A stretch of 52,896 nucleotides of DNA from Desulfurococcaceae archaeon (GTDB lineage: Archaea; Thermoproteota; Thermoprotei_A; Sulfolobales; NBVN01): assembly GCA_020833255.1 (NCBI GenBank), contig JAJHQR010000003.1:1-52896 (forward strand), written 5' to 3'. Positions 19,660-28,683 of this stretch are shown piece by piece. Position 1 is the first letter of the stretch, and every line of letters starts with the position of its first letter. The position numbers and the translations under genes were made by a program. The notes under the pieces are model-generated. The model saw only the letters and a program-made list of their open reading frames with translations, was not told the origin of the DNA and did not search any database.

Positions 19660-20328
19660 TTGCTCTGCAAGATAAGCGTAACAGCTTTCGACATGGACGG
19701 GGTCTTAACTAAGTGGAGGTCTTCCTGGAGAGCACTACACGAGTACTTCGGCTCAATAAGCTTAATAAGCGAGAACGACGACGCGGAAAGATTCTTGAGA
19801 GGGGAGATAACTTATGAAGAGTGGATGCGGAGAGACTTAGAAGCTATAATCAAAGCTTTCGGGAGACCTCCGTCTAGGGAAGAAATAATTAAAGCGTTTT
19901 CCACGTACGAGTTAGTTGAAGGCGCTAAAGAATTAATTAACTTCTTGAAAGAGAGGGGGGTGTACACAGCGATTATTAGCGGGGGTATAGATCTGCTTGC
20001 CGAGAAGGTTAGGGAGGAGCTAGGGATTGACGTCGCGTTCGCTAATAAGTTAGTCTTTGATGAGAGAGGGTATTTAATACCGAAGGGTATCGAGGTAGTT
20101 AATCCACTCAAGAAAAGCGAGATCCTGAAGAACCTCTCGAGACAACTTAAGGTGCCGCTCAGCGAGTTCATGTACGTAGGCGATACTGAGTGGGATTTTG
20201 AGGCTCTCAACATCGTGGGTTTCCCGGTTCTCCTCAACTACGGTGAGGTAAGGCTTCCGGCAAAGCATAAGTACATAGTGGTTAACTCTCTTCACGATAT
20301 AGTAGAGTTTTTATCCAAGTGTTTGTAA
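19660..20328 (+). CDS. HAD-IB phosphatase, phosphoserine phosphatase-like
   Basis: FDMDGVL, ISGG, K, VGD...D motifs. Confidence 0.85.
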   Translation: MLCKISVTAFDMDGVLTKWRSSWRALHEYFGSISLISENDDAERFLRGEITYEEWMRRDLEAIIKAFGRPPSREEIIKAFSTYELVEGAKELINFLKERGVYTAIISGGIDLLAEKVREELGIDVAFANKLVFDERGYLIPKGIEVVNPLKKSEILKNLSRQLKVPLSEFMYVGDTEWDFEALNIVGFPVLLNYGEVRLPAKHKYIVVNSLHDIVEFLSKCL

Positions 20329-20480
20329 CCGAAGGCGGGGCTGTTTTGTTTTTCATAATCATTTGCAAACGCTCATATTCATTGACGTCTGAGATCTCTT
20401 AATGCTATTAAGTATGCTGACCACGATTTCGTCAGAATCCTCGGTAAGGTTTATTAAGCTTTAGCTTATGAATTAATTTG

Positions 20481-20656
20481 GTGACCCCGGGTTTCCGAGA
20501 TCCGTAGAGGCTGTGAACCCTAGGCGACTAGCGGTGAGTCACTGCGGTGAGGGGGCTCGGGGAGACCGTTGAGAAGCAGATGGTGGGGAACAAACAAATG
20601 AACCACTATCTGCTGAGAAACGGTGCAGAATCCCGTCATTCACGGCTGGGAATCAA
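20481..20656 (+). mobile_element. IS200/IS605 right-end / omega-RNA-like remnant with no TnpB ORF and its own TATA box
   Basis: GAAT (20628-20631), hairpin cccgtcattcacggctggg, then TCAA (20653-20656), the IS200/IS605 right-end layout; internal stem gcagatggtgg/ccactatctgc; TTTATTAA at 20450-20457. Confidence 0.6.
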
Positions 20657-21535
20657 TCAGTGCTGTGTTTGTAGTACGTATCTGTTTATCTCTTCCTCGA
20701 TTATGTCCATCAATCTTTGAGGAATCTCTTCAGGCCCTCTTGACGTTTGAAGCAATAACTTCATAGATAACGTAATCCTCTCTTTAAGTAATTCATCAAG
20801 TAAGCCGAGTTTAAGGACCTGTTCCTGAGCTATGTGCTCGAACTCTCTACGAGCTCTTTCAGCCTGGAGCGGCAATCCTAAACTCTTGGAGTAAAAGTGT
20901 ATATACGCAATCAAGGTTAGGTCTACGAAGTATGAGGGATCGAAATACTTGATTGTTTCCCTTAAAAGAGAGCTGAAATACGCTGTTAAGAACTTCACGT
21001 AATTCTTCAAAGAATTCACTAGTGACAACACGCTCCTCCTCTCCACGGAACCCGCGAAAGTTTTTACATATTTCGCTAAAGCCTCGCTGAACTCGTTCAT
21101 CCCCAACGACGAGAGCACGTCATTGAAATCCTGTAATTCCTTTATTAGCTCCCTGTAAAATTCCCATTGCGGGACGTTACCCTTAGTAAGTGTTTGAAGA
21201 ATCTTAAAAGCCGGCTGGATCAGGAAAATGTAGTTGTGGAGATTCCTCATGATAGATTCTCTAATGTTCTGCTGCTCTTTCGTGAAGTAGTAAAGAAACG
21301 TGAAGTACTCTACGTCCTTCCTCACTAGCTCGTTAATCAACATATTCACTACGTCACCGTCCACAGTTTTTATCTCGAGCTTGCCGTCAGGAAGTCTCGT
21401 TACCTCTTTTACGTTCTTGAGAGGTATTCTCTTCGTCTCACCCAACATCTCAAGATTCTCTACCACTAGTACAGCGTCACTAGTTCTCACAACGCATTTA
21501 TACTCGGTTTTATTTTTGTAACATCTAGTAGACAA
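20657..21535 (-). CDS. Hypothetical protein with N-terminal PH-like beta domain and helical C-domain
   Basis: Beta-rich VVRTSDAVLVV...KRIPLKNVKEVTRL..KLEIKT..G pattern typical of PH folds; last gene of a coupled operon. Confidence 0.65.
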   Translation of the reverse strand: MSTRCYKNKTEYKCVVRTSDAVLVVENLEMLGETKRIPLKNVKEVTRLPDGKLEIKTVDGDVVNMLINELVRKDVEYFTFLYYFTKEQQNIRESIMRNLHNYIFLIQPAFKILQTLTKGNVPQWEFYRELIKELQDFNDVLSSLGMNEFSEALAKYVKTFAGSVERRSVLSLVNSLKNYVKFLTAYFSSLLRETIKYFDPSYFVDLTLIAYIHFYSKSLGLPLQAERARREFEHIAQEQVLKLGLLDELLKERITLSMKLLLQTSRGPEEIPQRLMDIIEEEINRYVLQTQH

Positions 21536-21537
21536 CC

Positions 21538-23751
21538 TTAACCCCCTCCCTCTTTAAGACGTACTACGCCTTCATAAACTTCTATGTCGCCCCTGCTCAC
21601 CAAGAGTACCCAAATGAGCTGTACTGAGACGTCCGTAGTGAAGGGTAATTCGTTTACGTTGATGGATTTCTTCTCCGTGAGTTCTTGCATTACGTAATCA
21701 CTGAATAAAGCTAGGTGTCTGAATAAATGATTAAGGATTACCAGCCTCTCCAGAACGACCACAGCGTTTTCAAGTATGGTGGGTAACTCTAGGAGTAAGT
21801 TTCCAAGACCCTCCACGAGGTTTGCAGGAGATCTTATGCTGTCTTTGCTCGCCTTAGATTTAATAAGATCTACGTTTCTCTTCATCCTACCTAAAAGCAG
21901 ATCCTCTATTTCCGCGTTCTCTCCGTAGATAGCTCTTATCTTCAGACTTACCTTCCCTAGGTCTGAGTTGAGTGTGTTAATTAATTTATCTAAGATTACC
22001 AATAAGTTGTTGTAGATTGATGAGTATCTCCTCAAGTATGAGAGTACTTCTAACTCGCTAATGATTCCGGACACTTCGTCTAGCTCGCCGTATAGCTCCT
22101 CTAAAATAGCCGGGGATTCAAAACCCTCTAAAGCCTTTTCCTTCAGTTTCCTTAGCTTGTCACCCACCAACCCTTTAATCTCTATGTATTTGCTATGTAA
22201 CTCCCTAAGCTTGGGCAGGGTTGTGTTGATTATGTTGTCGTAGCTCTCAAGCATTAAACGTAAGTCATCTAGTAAAGACTTACTAGTAGCGCAATCTATT
22301 TTCTCTATATTATTAAGCTCTACTGGGGGAGGGGGTAGGTGTTCTGAAACAGCTATGTAGGCGTTTAAGACCAGGTTTTTAAGCGTGGAGCAACTCTCTC
22401 TTAACGTGTTGGCCACTGAACTTACGTATTGCGGTATCTCGCCAACATCCCCCACCTCCTCGAATTTCTGAGAACCTCCCCTAAAGCGCGTGCTGTAGGG
22501 GGTTGCTAGAACTAGAGCTACTATCTTGGAGTGAGTTATTAATGCGTTAGAATACATCGACTTCATGCGCTCCGAGATCTCACCCAGCTCCTTTCTCGTA
22601 TTCTCTAGAACGTCGTTAATTAGCTGAAGCCTACCCACAGAGACTAGCTTCTTCGAGAGGTTACTCCTAGAGATTATCAGCTTATTCCTCGCATTATTTA
22701 ATCTTCTCTCTACATCCCTAAGCGTTTCCTCAGACCATAGACCAGTCTTACTCATCTCATTATAAACTACTTCAAGACCGCGTAGCTCCCGCTCCAAGAC
22801 TTCTAGGAGGGAGCTCAGGCGCTTCCTCCCCTCCGACGTCATTCTCAAATACAACGTCGTCGTAGTTGTTGAAGAGATTATTATAGTTACTAAGAACGTT
22901 GATGTCAGGTTATACCCTAGGAATGCGTAAAACGGGGTTAAGAGGATGACAGACATTGATACGTAGAAGAGCCCAACGAATGCTAAGGTGGTTATGAAGT
23001 ATCTCACGAAGAGCAAGATTAGGTTGACGGTCTCCCTACTCTCGCCTACTATACCGTAGGAGATTATGTTTATGAAGGAAGCTATGGTAAAGCTAACTAA
23101 GAGAGATACGTAAACGTACGTAAATTCTGTTTGGGACCCTGCGTTTATGTGAGGTACTCCAGTGAGGTCAGGTAACACGTAGTAAAGACCTAGGAAGACT
23201 AGGAGTGAGAGTGAGAGGCTCATGAAGCCTGAGAAATACGTTTTTAAATTATTAACGACTATGACGGAAAGAGAGAGTAGCCATATAAACTCGTAGACGC
23301 TGAAGCTAATTCCCCACAAGCCATCACTTAACGTGAACGTTATGAAGAAGAATATTGGTAGGTGAACACATAATTCCCAGACATTAAGTTTTGAGACTAG
23401 ATTCAACGCTACCACGGCCGATAGTAAGAGTGTTGAGAAGAGTACGTAGAGACTCCCCAACAGCGACAACTTAATGCTCGGTAGTGAGAAAACCACGTTG
23501 ATGAGCAGTATGTAGCTCACGAAGAGCGGGGAGAAAACGAGTGAGTCGTAGTAGGGCAGGTCTTTAGAGTAGATCAGTGGAGCGATCATGGTTAACGTTA
23601 CGAGAGCGCCGGCAAGCGGTATCCCTATAGGTTCCCTCATTAATCCTAGCGCGTAACCAGTTAGCACTATCCACAAAGAAATCAGTAGCGATACCCAAAT
23701 AACCTCAAGTCTAGATCTCTTAGCTTTATCTAACTCTGACTTACTCATCAA
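21538..23751 (-). CDS. Hypothetical polytopic membrane protein with long coiled coil and possible C-terminal winged helix
   Basis: About 9-10 hydrophobic segments in the first ~300 aa, then heptad-rich helices, ending ..KKSINVNELPF...GDIEVYEGVVRL. Confidence 0.75.
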   Translation of the reverse strand: MMSKSELDKAKRSRLEVIWVSLLISLWIVLTGYALGLMREPIGIPLAGALVTLTMIAPLIYSKDLPYYDSLVFSPLFVSYILLINVVFSLPSIKLSLLGSLYVLFSTLLLSAVVALNLVSKLNVWELCVHLPIFFFITFTLSDGLWGISFSVYEFIWLLSLSVIVVNNLKTYFSGFMSLSLSLLVFLGLYYVLPDLTGVPHINAGSQTEFTYVYVSLLVSFTIASFINIISYGIVGESRETVNLILLFVRYFITTLAFVGLFYVSMSVILLTPFYAFLGYNLTSTFLVTIIISSTTTTTLYLRMTSEGRKRLSSLLEVLERELRGLEVVYNEMSKTGLWSEETLRDVERRLNNARNKLIISRSNLSKKLVSVGRLQLINDVLENTRKELGEISERMKSMYSNALITHSKIVALVLATPYSTRFRGGSQKFEEVGDVGEIPQYVSSVANTLRESCSTLKNLVLNAYIAVSEHLPPPPVELNNIEKIDCATSKSLLDDLRLMLESYDNIINTTLPKLRELHSKYIEIKGLVGDKLRKLKEKALEGFESPAILEELYGELDEVSGIISELEVLSYLRRYSSIYNNLLVILDKLINTLNSDLGKVSLKIRAIYGENAEIEDLLLGRMKRNVDLIKSKASKDSIRSPANLVEGLGNLLLELPTILENAVVVLERLVILNHLFRHLALFSDYVMQELTEKKSINVNELPFTTDVSVQLIWVLLVSRGDIEVYEGVVRLKEGGG

Positions 23752-24827
23752 GGCCCCCTCTCAGTCCTACTCAAGAATTCCCTAGTCAATTTTATTAACG
23801 GGATTAAGACTCTTAAATCTCTTTCCTCCTCACTTAATACTGACATAGCATCCCACACATCTCTCGACAACTTCAGCATCAAATCATCACTACTCTCACT
23901 GATGAGGACACGTATACGATCTTCTGACGTGATTTTAGGGGTGAAGACTTTGTAAACTGTCCACCCGCAGGCCTTGACCATGTCGTTAATATTGACTTGA
24001 TTAAGTAGCTCCGCATTACCTTCTAGGTATGCGTAACCCATAGTCCCGGCAAACGTGGTTCCCCAGGTGAGAAACTTAGCTAGTTGCGAAGCCCCGGCTA
24101 AGTCCTTTATTAGTAGGGAGGCTTCTTCAAGACTCAACAACGATATGAAGTACAGGTGTCTCATCTCTCTAGTGTCAATCAATAAGATATCTTCACCCAA
24201 GCTTTCCGAGTAGAGTCTTAAACCCCAGTTCAAGAGCTCATTAATTGTCTGGCTCTCGAAGTATTTATAGAACCTGTCAATCCTTAACAAGCTCACCTTA
24301 CTGGCTAATCTCTCCTTCAAGACCTTAGCTAAGAACGTGACTAAGTTAAACCTATTAATGAGGGTGAGCTCCCTATCCACTATAATCAAAATCTCCGCTC
24401 TACCGGCACCATTCTTGAGAGACTTGAAGACTTCAAGAGCTTTGTAGGCTATGGATAAATCCTTAGCCTGGGTCGAGGAAAGCAGAAACAACTTGTCAAC
24501 GTCCTCCGTTATTAGGGAGGAAAGCACCTCCTCCTCGAAAGTTGTTTCTTGAGGACCTCCCTCCTTCAAGTAACTTACCCACACACTGTACCGGTGGGCT
24601 TCGTTCGAAGGTCTTGAAACAACGTAAGTATTAGGCTTAAGGAATTCCAGGGATTTCTCAGAACCTTCCTTAACCTTAATGATTAGGTACCCCTTATACG
24701 CCAACACCCCACTCAGCATTTGCTCTATAGACTGCGGGGGAGTCAAGAACACAGCTACCTTATTATGATCTATGAAGTCCAGAGAACTCACGAAGCTCTC
24801 GAATACGTTCATAGACCATATACTCAC
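23748..24827 (-). CDS. Hypothetical protein, putative degenerate tubulin/FtsZ-superfamily fold
   Basis: Rossmann-like beta/alpha order and motif correspondences with tubulin by eye; no GGGTG(S/T)G. The CDS is well supported; the fold is inference. Confidence 0.55.
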   Translation of the reverse strand: MSIWSMNVFESFVSSLDFIDHNKVAVFLTPPQSIEQMLSGVLAYKGYLIIKVKEGSEKSLEFLKPNTYVVSRPSNEAHRYSVWVSYLKEGGPQETTFEEEVLSSLITEDVDKLFLLSSTQAKDLSIAYKALEVFKSLKNGAGRAEILIIVDRELTLINRFNLVTFLAKVLKERLASKVSLLRIDRFYKYFESQTINELLNWGLRLYSESLGEDILLIDTREMRHLYFISLLSLEEASLLIKDLAGASQLAKFLTWGTTFAGTMGYAYLEGNAELLNQVNINDMVKACGWTVYKVFTPKITSEDRIRVLISESSDDLMLKLSRDVWDAMSVLSEEERDLRVLIPLIKLTREFLSRTERGP

Positions 24828-24878
24828 TAAAACTCACCAACCCTACTAATATAACTATACCTATCTATAAATCTTTCT

Positions 24879-25105
24879 GTGAGCGGGTGGGGTTTCCAGC
24901 GTTTGGCTGGAGCTTTACACCTCCAGCTTCATTTGCTGGTTTGGGGCTCACGACACCCTCATCCCGCAGAGCTCATTACCCTGCGGGCTATGTTTATGCA
25001 CACATGCACGAACTTCCTTCCGCAAAAAGAGCATCCCAAAACTTAATTCAGTAGTGGGCTAAAAGTCTTTCCCGCCACCCTCACCGTGAACAGCAAGGTT
25101 TTCAG
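24879..25105 (-). mobile_element. Internally deleted IS200/IS605 (tnpB) miniature element
   Basis: Minus strand: left-end-like hairpin ccttgctg-ttca-cggtgagg, promoter-like tract and ATG (25034), joined to a TnpB C-terminal-like stretch INIARRVMSS...PANEAGGVKLQPNAGNP, ending GAAA..TCAC. Confidence 0.6.
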
Positions 25106-25230
25106 TATATAACTCCTGCGAACACTATCACTAAAGCCATCTAATTAAAGCTTCAAACAATACAGGAATTATTGAGGAGATTAGGAGGTTCTGACTCCAC
25201 GCTATTAGGGAGGAACATGTCTTGACTGGG

Positions 25231-26508
25231 TTAGGTTCCCGTGCAAACCTCCTCGACGGGTTCCTTAGCAAGCCTTTCTTTAAGAGATATTATTAATTTT
25301 AGTGCTTCAACGAACACCTCTACCTCCTCTAACGTGTTGTATATGTAATAACTCGCTCTAACAGACCCGTTAAATCCTAGCCTGTAGTGGAGTGGGTGTG
25401 CGCAGTGACCGCCCGTTCTCACAGCTATCCCGAATAGATCTAGTGCCTTGCCGACGGTATGGTAGTGTAGGTCTTTAACGTTGAAAGCCACTAGCCCTGT
25501 TCTTGCGTGAGGATCTTTAGGGCCTAGAATCACTAACTCATCCCCTAGTTCCATAAACCTCTTCAGAGTCTCACTTACTAAGGCTATGTCATGTTCCCTC
25601 ACGTTCTCCATCCCTAACCTCATTAAGTATTTAGCGGCCTCCGCCAGCCCTATCATGCCAGCTATGTTAGGTGTTCCGGCCACGAACCTCCAGGGCAGGT
25701 CATGCCATACTACCGAATCTAGCGTCACGTCTTTTATTGTGTCACCGCCGACCCTGAAAGGCTTCATGGATTCCAGGACGTCTTTCCTACCCCATAAAAC
25801 GCCTGTTCCGGTCGGTCCGAGCATCTTATGACCGCTGAAAGCGATGAAATCTATTTCTAGGTCTTTAACGTTTGTGGGTACGTGTGGCACGTACTGAGCC
25901 CCGTCCCCGACAGCTATGGCTCCTACCGAGTGAGCTAGCCTTGCAATCCTCTTCACGTCATTTATTGTTCCGACGACGTTGCTCGCCATCGGGAAAGCAA
26001 CTACCTTAGTTCTCTCGCTAATCGCTTTCTCTAGCTCTTCGTAATCAAGCGTTCCATCTTCTTTGACGCCCACGTACTTAACCTTAGCGCCCGTTTTCTC
26101 CGCGACAGCTCTCCACGGAAGCATGTTACTGTGGTGATCCATGACCGTGACCACCACCTCATCACCGGGCTTCAGGTTATCCAGTCCCCAACCCCAAGCA
26201 ACGAGGTTTAACCCGTCCGTAGTGTTTGACACGTCGATTATCTCCTCCCACGAATAAGCGTTGATGAACTTAGCTAAGACTTCATGAGCTTCCTCGTAAG
26301 CCTGGCTAGCTTCCTGAGAAAGCGTGTGAAAACCTCTGTGGACGTTGGCGTTGTAGTTAAAGTAGAACTTAACTATAGCTGCTACGACCTGCCTCGGCTT
26401 CTGAGTTGTTGCAGCGTTATCCAGGTATATGAGCCTCCTTCCGTTAACCTTGCGCTTAAGGATCGGGAAGTCCTCCCTAATCTTCTCAACATCTAACGTG
26501 CTGAACAC
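25231..26508 (-). CDS. sufS: Cysteine desulfurase, group II (SufS)
   Basis: YLDNAATTQKP, ANVHRG, FSGHKMLGP, RTGGHCAHP. Confidence 0.93.
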   Translation of the reverse strand: MFSTLDVEKIREDFPILKRKVNGRRLIYLDNAATTQKPRQVVAAIVKFYFNYNANVHRGFHTLSQEASQAYEEAHEVLAKFINAYSWEEIIDVSNTTDGLNLVAWGWGLDNLKPGDEVVVTVMDHHSNMLPWRAVAEKTGAKVKYVGVKEDGTLDYEELEKAISERTKVVAFPMASNVVGTINDVKRIARLAHSVGAIAVGDGAQYVPHVPTNVKDLEIDFIAFSGHKMLGPTGTGVLWGRKDVLESMKPFRVGGDTIKDVTLDSVVWHDLPWRFVAGTPNIAGMIGLAEAAKYLMRLGMENVREHDIALVSETLKRFMELGDELVILGPKDPHARTGLVAFNVKDLHYHTVGKALDLFGIAVRTGGHCAHPLHYRLGFNGSVRASYYIYNTLEEVEVFVEALKLIISLKERLAKEPVEEVCTGT

Positions 26509-26527
26509 CCCTGCCAGAACAGACCTC

Positions 26528-27070
26528 TCAACACGCTCCCCCCTTCAACAACTTGCTTAAGAGGCTTATGAGTGTGTCCTCCTTACTCAACGGTGGCTTA
26601 ACAGGCTCCCCCCTCAGGTATTTGCTGACTCTCTCAGGGAAGGATGGAACGACGGTCTTCAAATCTAAATCGCTTAAGACGCCGTCGTATTTCTCCTTAT
26701 AGACCACCTTACCATCCATCCAACTCAGGAGGATAGTCGTAGGCGATGAGTGAACGTCGAAATAAGTGAAAGTAGCTGAAGCAACTAAAGACTCGCAATC
26801 TCTAGCAAACCAATTACATAAGACTATGTAGAAATTAAACTCGTTATTCTCGTTGCTTAAGCTCCTAACGAAAGGAAACCAGTATATGTCGTACCTCCTG
26901 CACGCACTACACTTAGCGTTGTCGAAGTACATCACCGCGTACTTATCTTTAGGTATGAAAGGATCTAATCCCTCCACGTCTAGATAAACCCACACATCGT
27001 CTTCCCTCAAGTACTTGTACACGCCGTGCTTGCTTTCAGAGCTTATCTCCTTAAACCTCAAGCCACTCAC
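26528..27070 (-). CDS. Thioredoxin-fold protein
   Basis: YFDNAKCSAC (CxxC), cis-Pro region FDVHSSPT, extra CNWFARDC. Confidence 0.75.
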   Translation of the reverse strand: MSGLRFKEISSESKHGVYKYLREDDVWVYLDVEGLDPFIPKDKYAVMYFDNAKCSACRRYDIYWFPFVRSLSNENNEFNFYIVLCNWFARDCESLVASATFTYFDVHSSPTTILLSWMDGKVVYKEKYDGVLSDLDLKTVVPSFPERVSKYLRGEPVKPPLSKEDTLISLLSKLLKGGAC

Positions 27071-27144
27071 TCAATTCACCAAGAATAATACCGTGTAGAG
27101 ACTAAATTAAAAACGAATTAAGGTAATTAACTCGGTGTCTAATA

Positions 27145-28635
27145 TTGAGTAAGATAGATAGGTTACTTCAGGAATACCCCCCGAGATACGGCCCTGAATG
27201 GGGTAGTGGGGGGATCTTCGGGCTTAAGTACTTTAAGGGAGTGCTCTACTACACGCTCGCTTTCGAAGCTTCAGCGTACTTTGTGGATGATGAGATAATG
27301 GAGTATAGGTTTAGTGAGTTAGGCCCCGGCCCCGCCTCAGGAGGGGACACGTATAACGCGGTAGACGTGGTTGATGATAAGATATATTTCGGGGGCTGGG
27401 TTCATAACCCCGCGGTCTTTAAAGGTAAGAAGGGTTTTGCCGGTGAGATAGATTTTAGGAATAAGTATAGTCACGTACACGAGTACGACGTAAAGGAGAG
27501 GAGGGTGAAGCTACTTTGGAAAGACAGTATCCACGACGAGTTCAGGTGGGCTGGGGAAGTGTCTCAAATAATCTACGACCCGGTAAAAGACGTTCTGCTG
27601 ATAGGTAGGTCGGACGGCATGGAGAATTTAGGTGTTTACGAGCTGAGCAGGGATGGGAGGAACTTCATCAAGTTAAGTGATGTGCCGGCTCTTAAGGGTT
27701 CTCTCTACCTTGATTACGCGTGTTTCGATATGCAGCCTGACTGGGTGATAGGGGTTGACGGCGTTCAGTGCCTGGACTTAGTTAGGAGGGTGTGGGTAAG
27801 GTACGAGGTAAGGGACTGGGCCGGGTCTTCTTTAGATGGTTACGGGGTTCAGCGCAGGACGTCTGGCTACGCGGTAAGCGCTTACACCAGGTACTGGCAC
27901 TTCATGAGGGGAGGTGTTTTAGTAGGGAATCCTGTAGAACCTGAGGTCGAAAAACCTGTTTTCGTAAGGTTATTTGATTTCGGCATGAACGTTTACGCAC
28001 CACACAGAAGTAACGCGCTCAACTTGGGCGGAGGGATACTAGCTGTGTTTAATGCTGGTACGCACGGGTTCATACACCCGCATGAGGGCAACCCTGAAGA
28101 AGTTGGTCTCAGAAGGTATTTCAACACGATAGCCGCGCCTACGACGTTAGTTTACATAACGCCTCCTCAAGCAAGGATATTAGCTGTTTTCGGCGCCAGG
28201 ATAACTAGCATGACTAAAGCGGGTAGTAGGGTGCTCCTCGCATATAACACCACCCCGAACCTCGGCGGTAAAGACTCAACCCCTATAGATGGTGGTGTGA
28301 GGGGGATTATGTCAGTGGATGAGTATTCCTTAATAAGCAGTAGCAACCCACCACTAACTATCAGGGTTCACGGCTGGGCGGTAGGCGATTCCTGCTTCGG
28401 GGGTGTGCCGCTCACCGGATATAAAGAAGCTGAGTTAGTCGTGAGGAGCAGTAAACCTAATGAGATAATCATTAACTCTTACGACATCGGTTTGCCACCG
28501 CTAAATTACGGCTCGGAGAAGCATAAGTTGAGTGAGGGGGTGAACAGGATAGATCTGAGAGGTTACAGGAACATAGTTTCTTTCAAGCTGGAGAAGCTGG
28601 ATGCGGACGCGTTAATTAGCATCTACTTGAGCTAA
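27145..28635 (+). CDS. Conserved archaeal protein, DUF2139-like (beta-rich)
   Basis: N-terminal YPPRYGPEWGSGGIFGL recalled as DUF2139. Confidence 0.65.
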   Translation: MSKIDRLLQEYPPRYGPEWGSGGIFGLKYFKGVLYYTLAFEASAYFVDDEIMEYRFSELGPGPASGGDTYNAVDVVDDKIYFGGWVHNPAVFKGKKGFAGEIDFRNKYSHVHEYDVKERRVKLLWKDSIHDEFRWAGEVSQIIYDPVKDVLLIGRSDGMENLGVYELSRDGRNFIKLSDVPALKGSLYLDYACFDMQPDWVIGVDGVQCLDLVRRVWVRYEVRDWAGSSLDGYGVQRRTSGYAVSAYTRYWHFMRGGVLVGNPVEPEVEKPVFVRLFDFGMNVYAPHRSNALNLGGGILAVFNAGTHGFIHPHEGNPEEVGLRRYFNTIAAPTTLVYITPPQARILAVFGARITSMTKAGSRVLLAYNTTPNLGGKDSTPIDGGVRGIMSVDEYSLISSSNPPLTIRVHGWAVGDSCFGGVPLTGYKEAELVVRSSKPNEIIINSYDIGLPPLNYGSEKHKLSEGVNRIDLRGYRNIVSFKLEKLDADALISIYLS

Positions 28636-28683
28636 CCAACGCTTCAGAAATAGTTAATTTAATTCTCGCGAAGTATTTACTCA

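Noticed and set aside
20481-20656. RNase P or SRP RNA
   Set aside because: Too short; no GAGGAA..UCC RNase P core or SRP helix 8 motif seen; terminus fits an IS200/IS605 right end
21538-23751. SMC/Rad50 ATPase or chemoreceptor identity for the coiled-coil protein
   Set aside because: No Walker A/B or ABC signature and no MCP signalling hairpin motif
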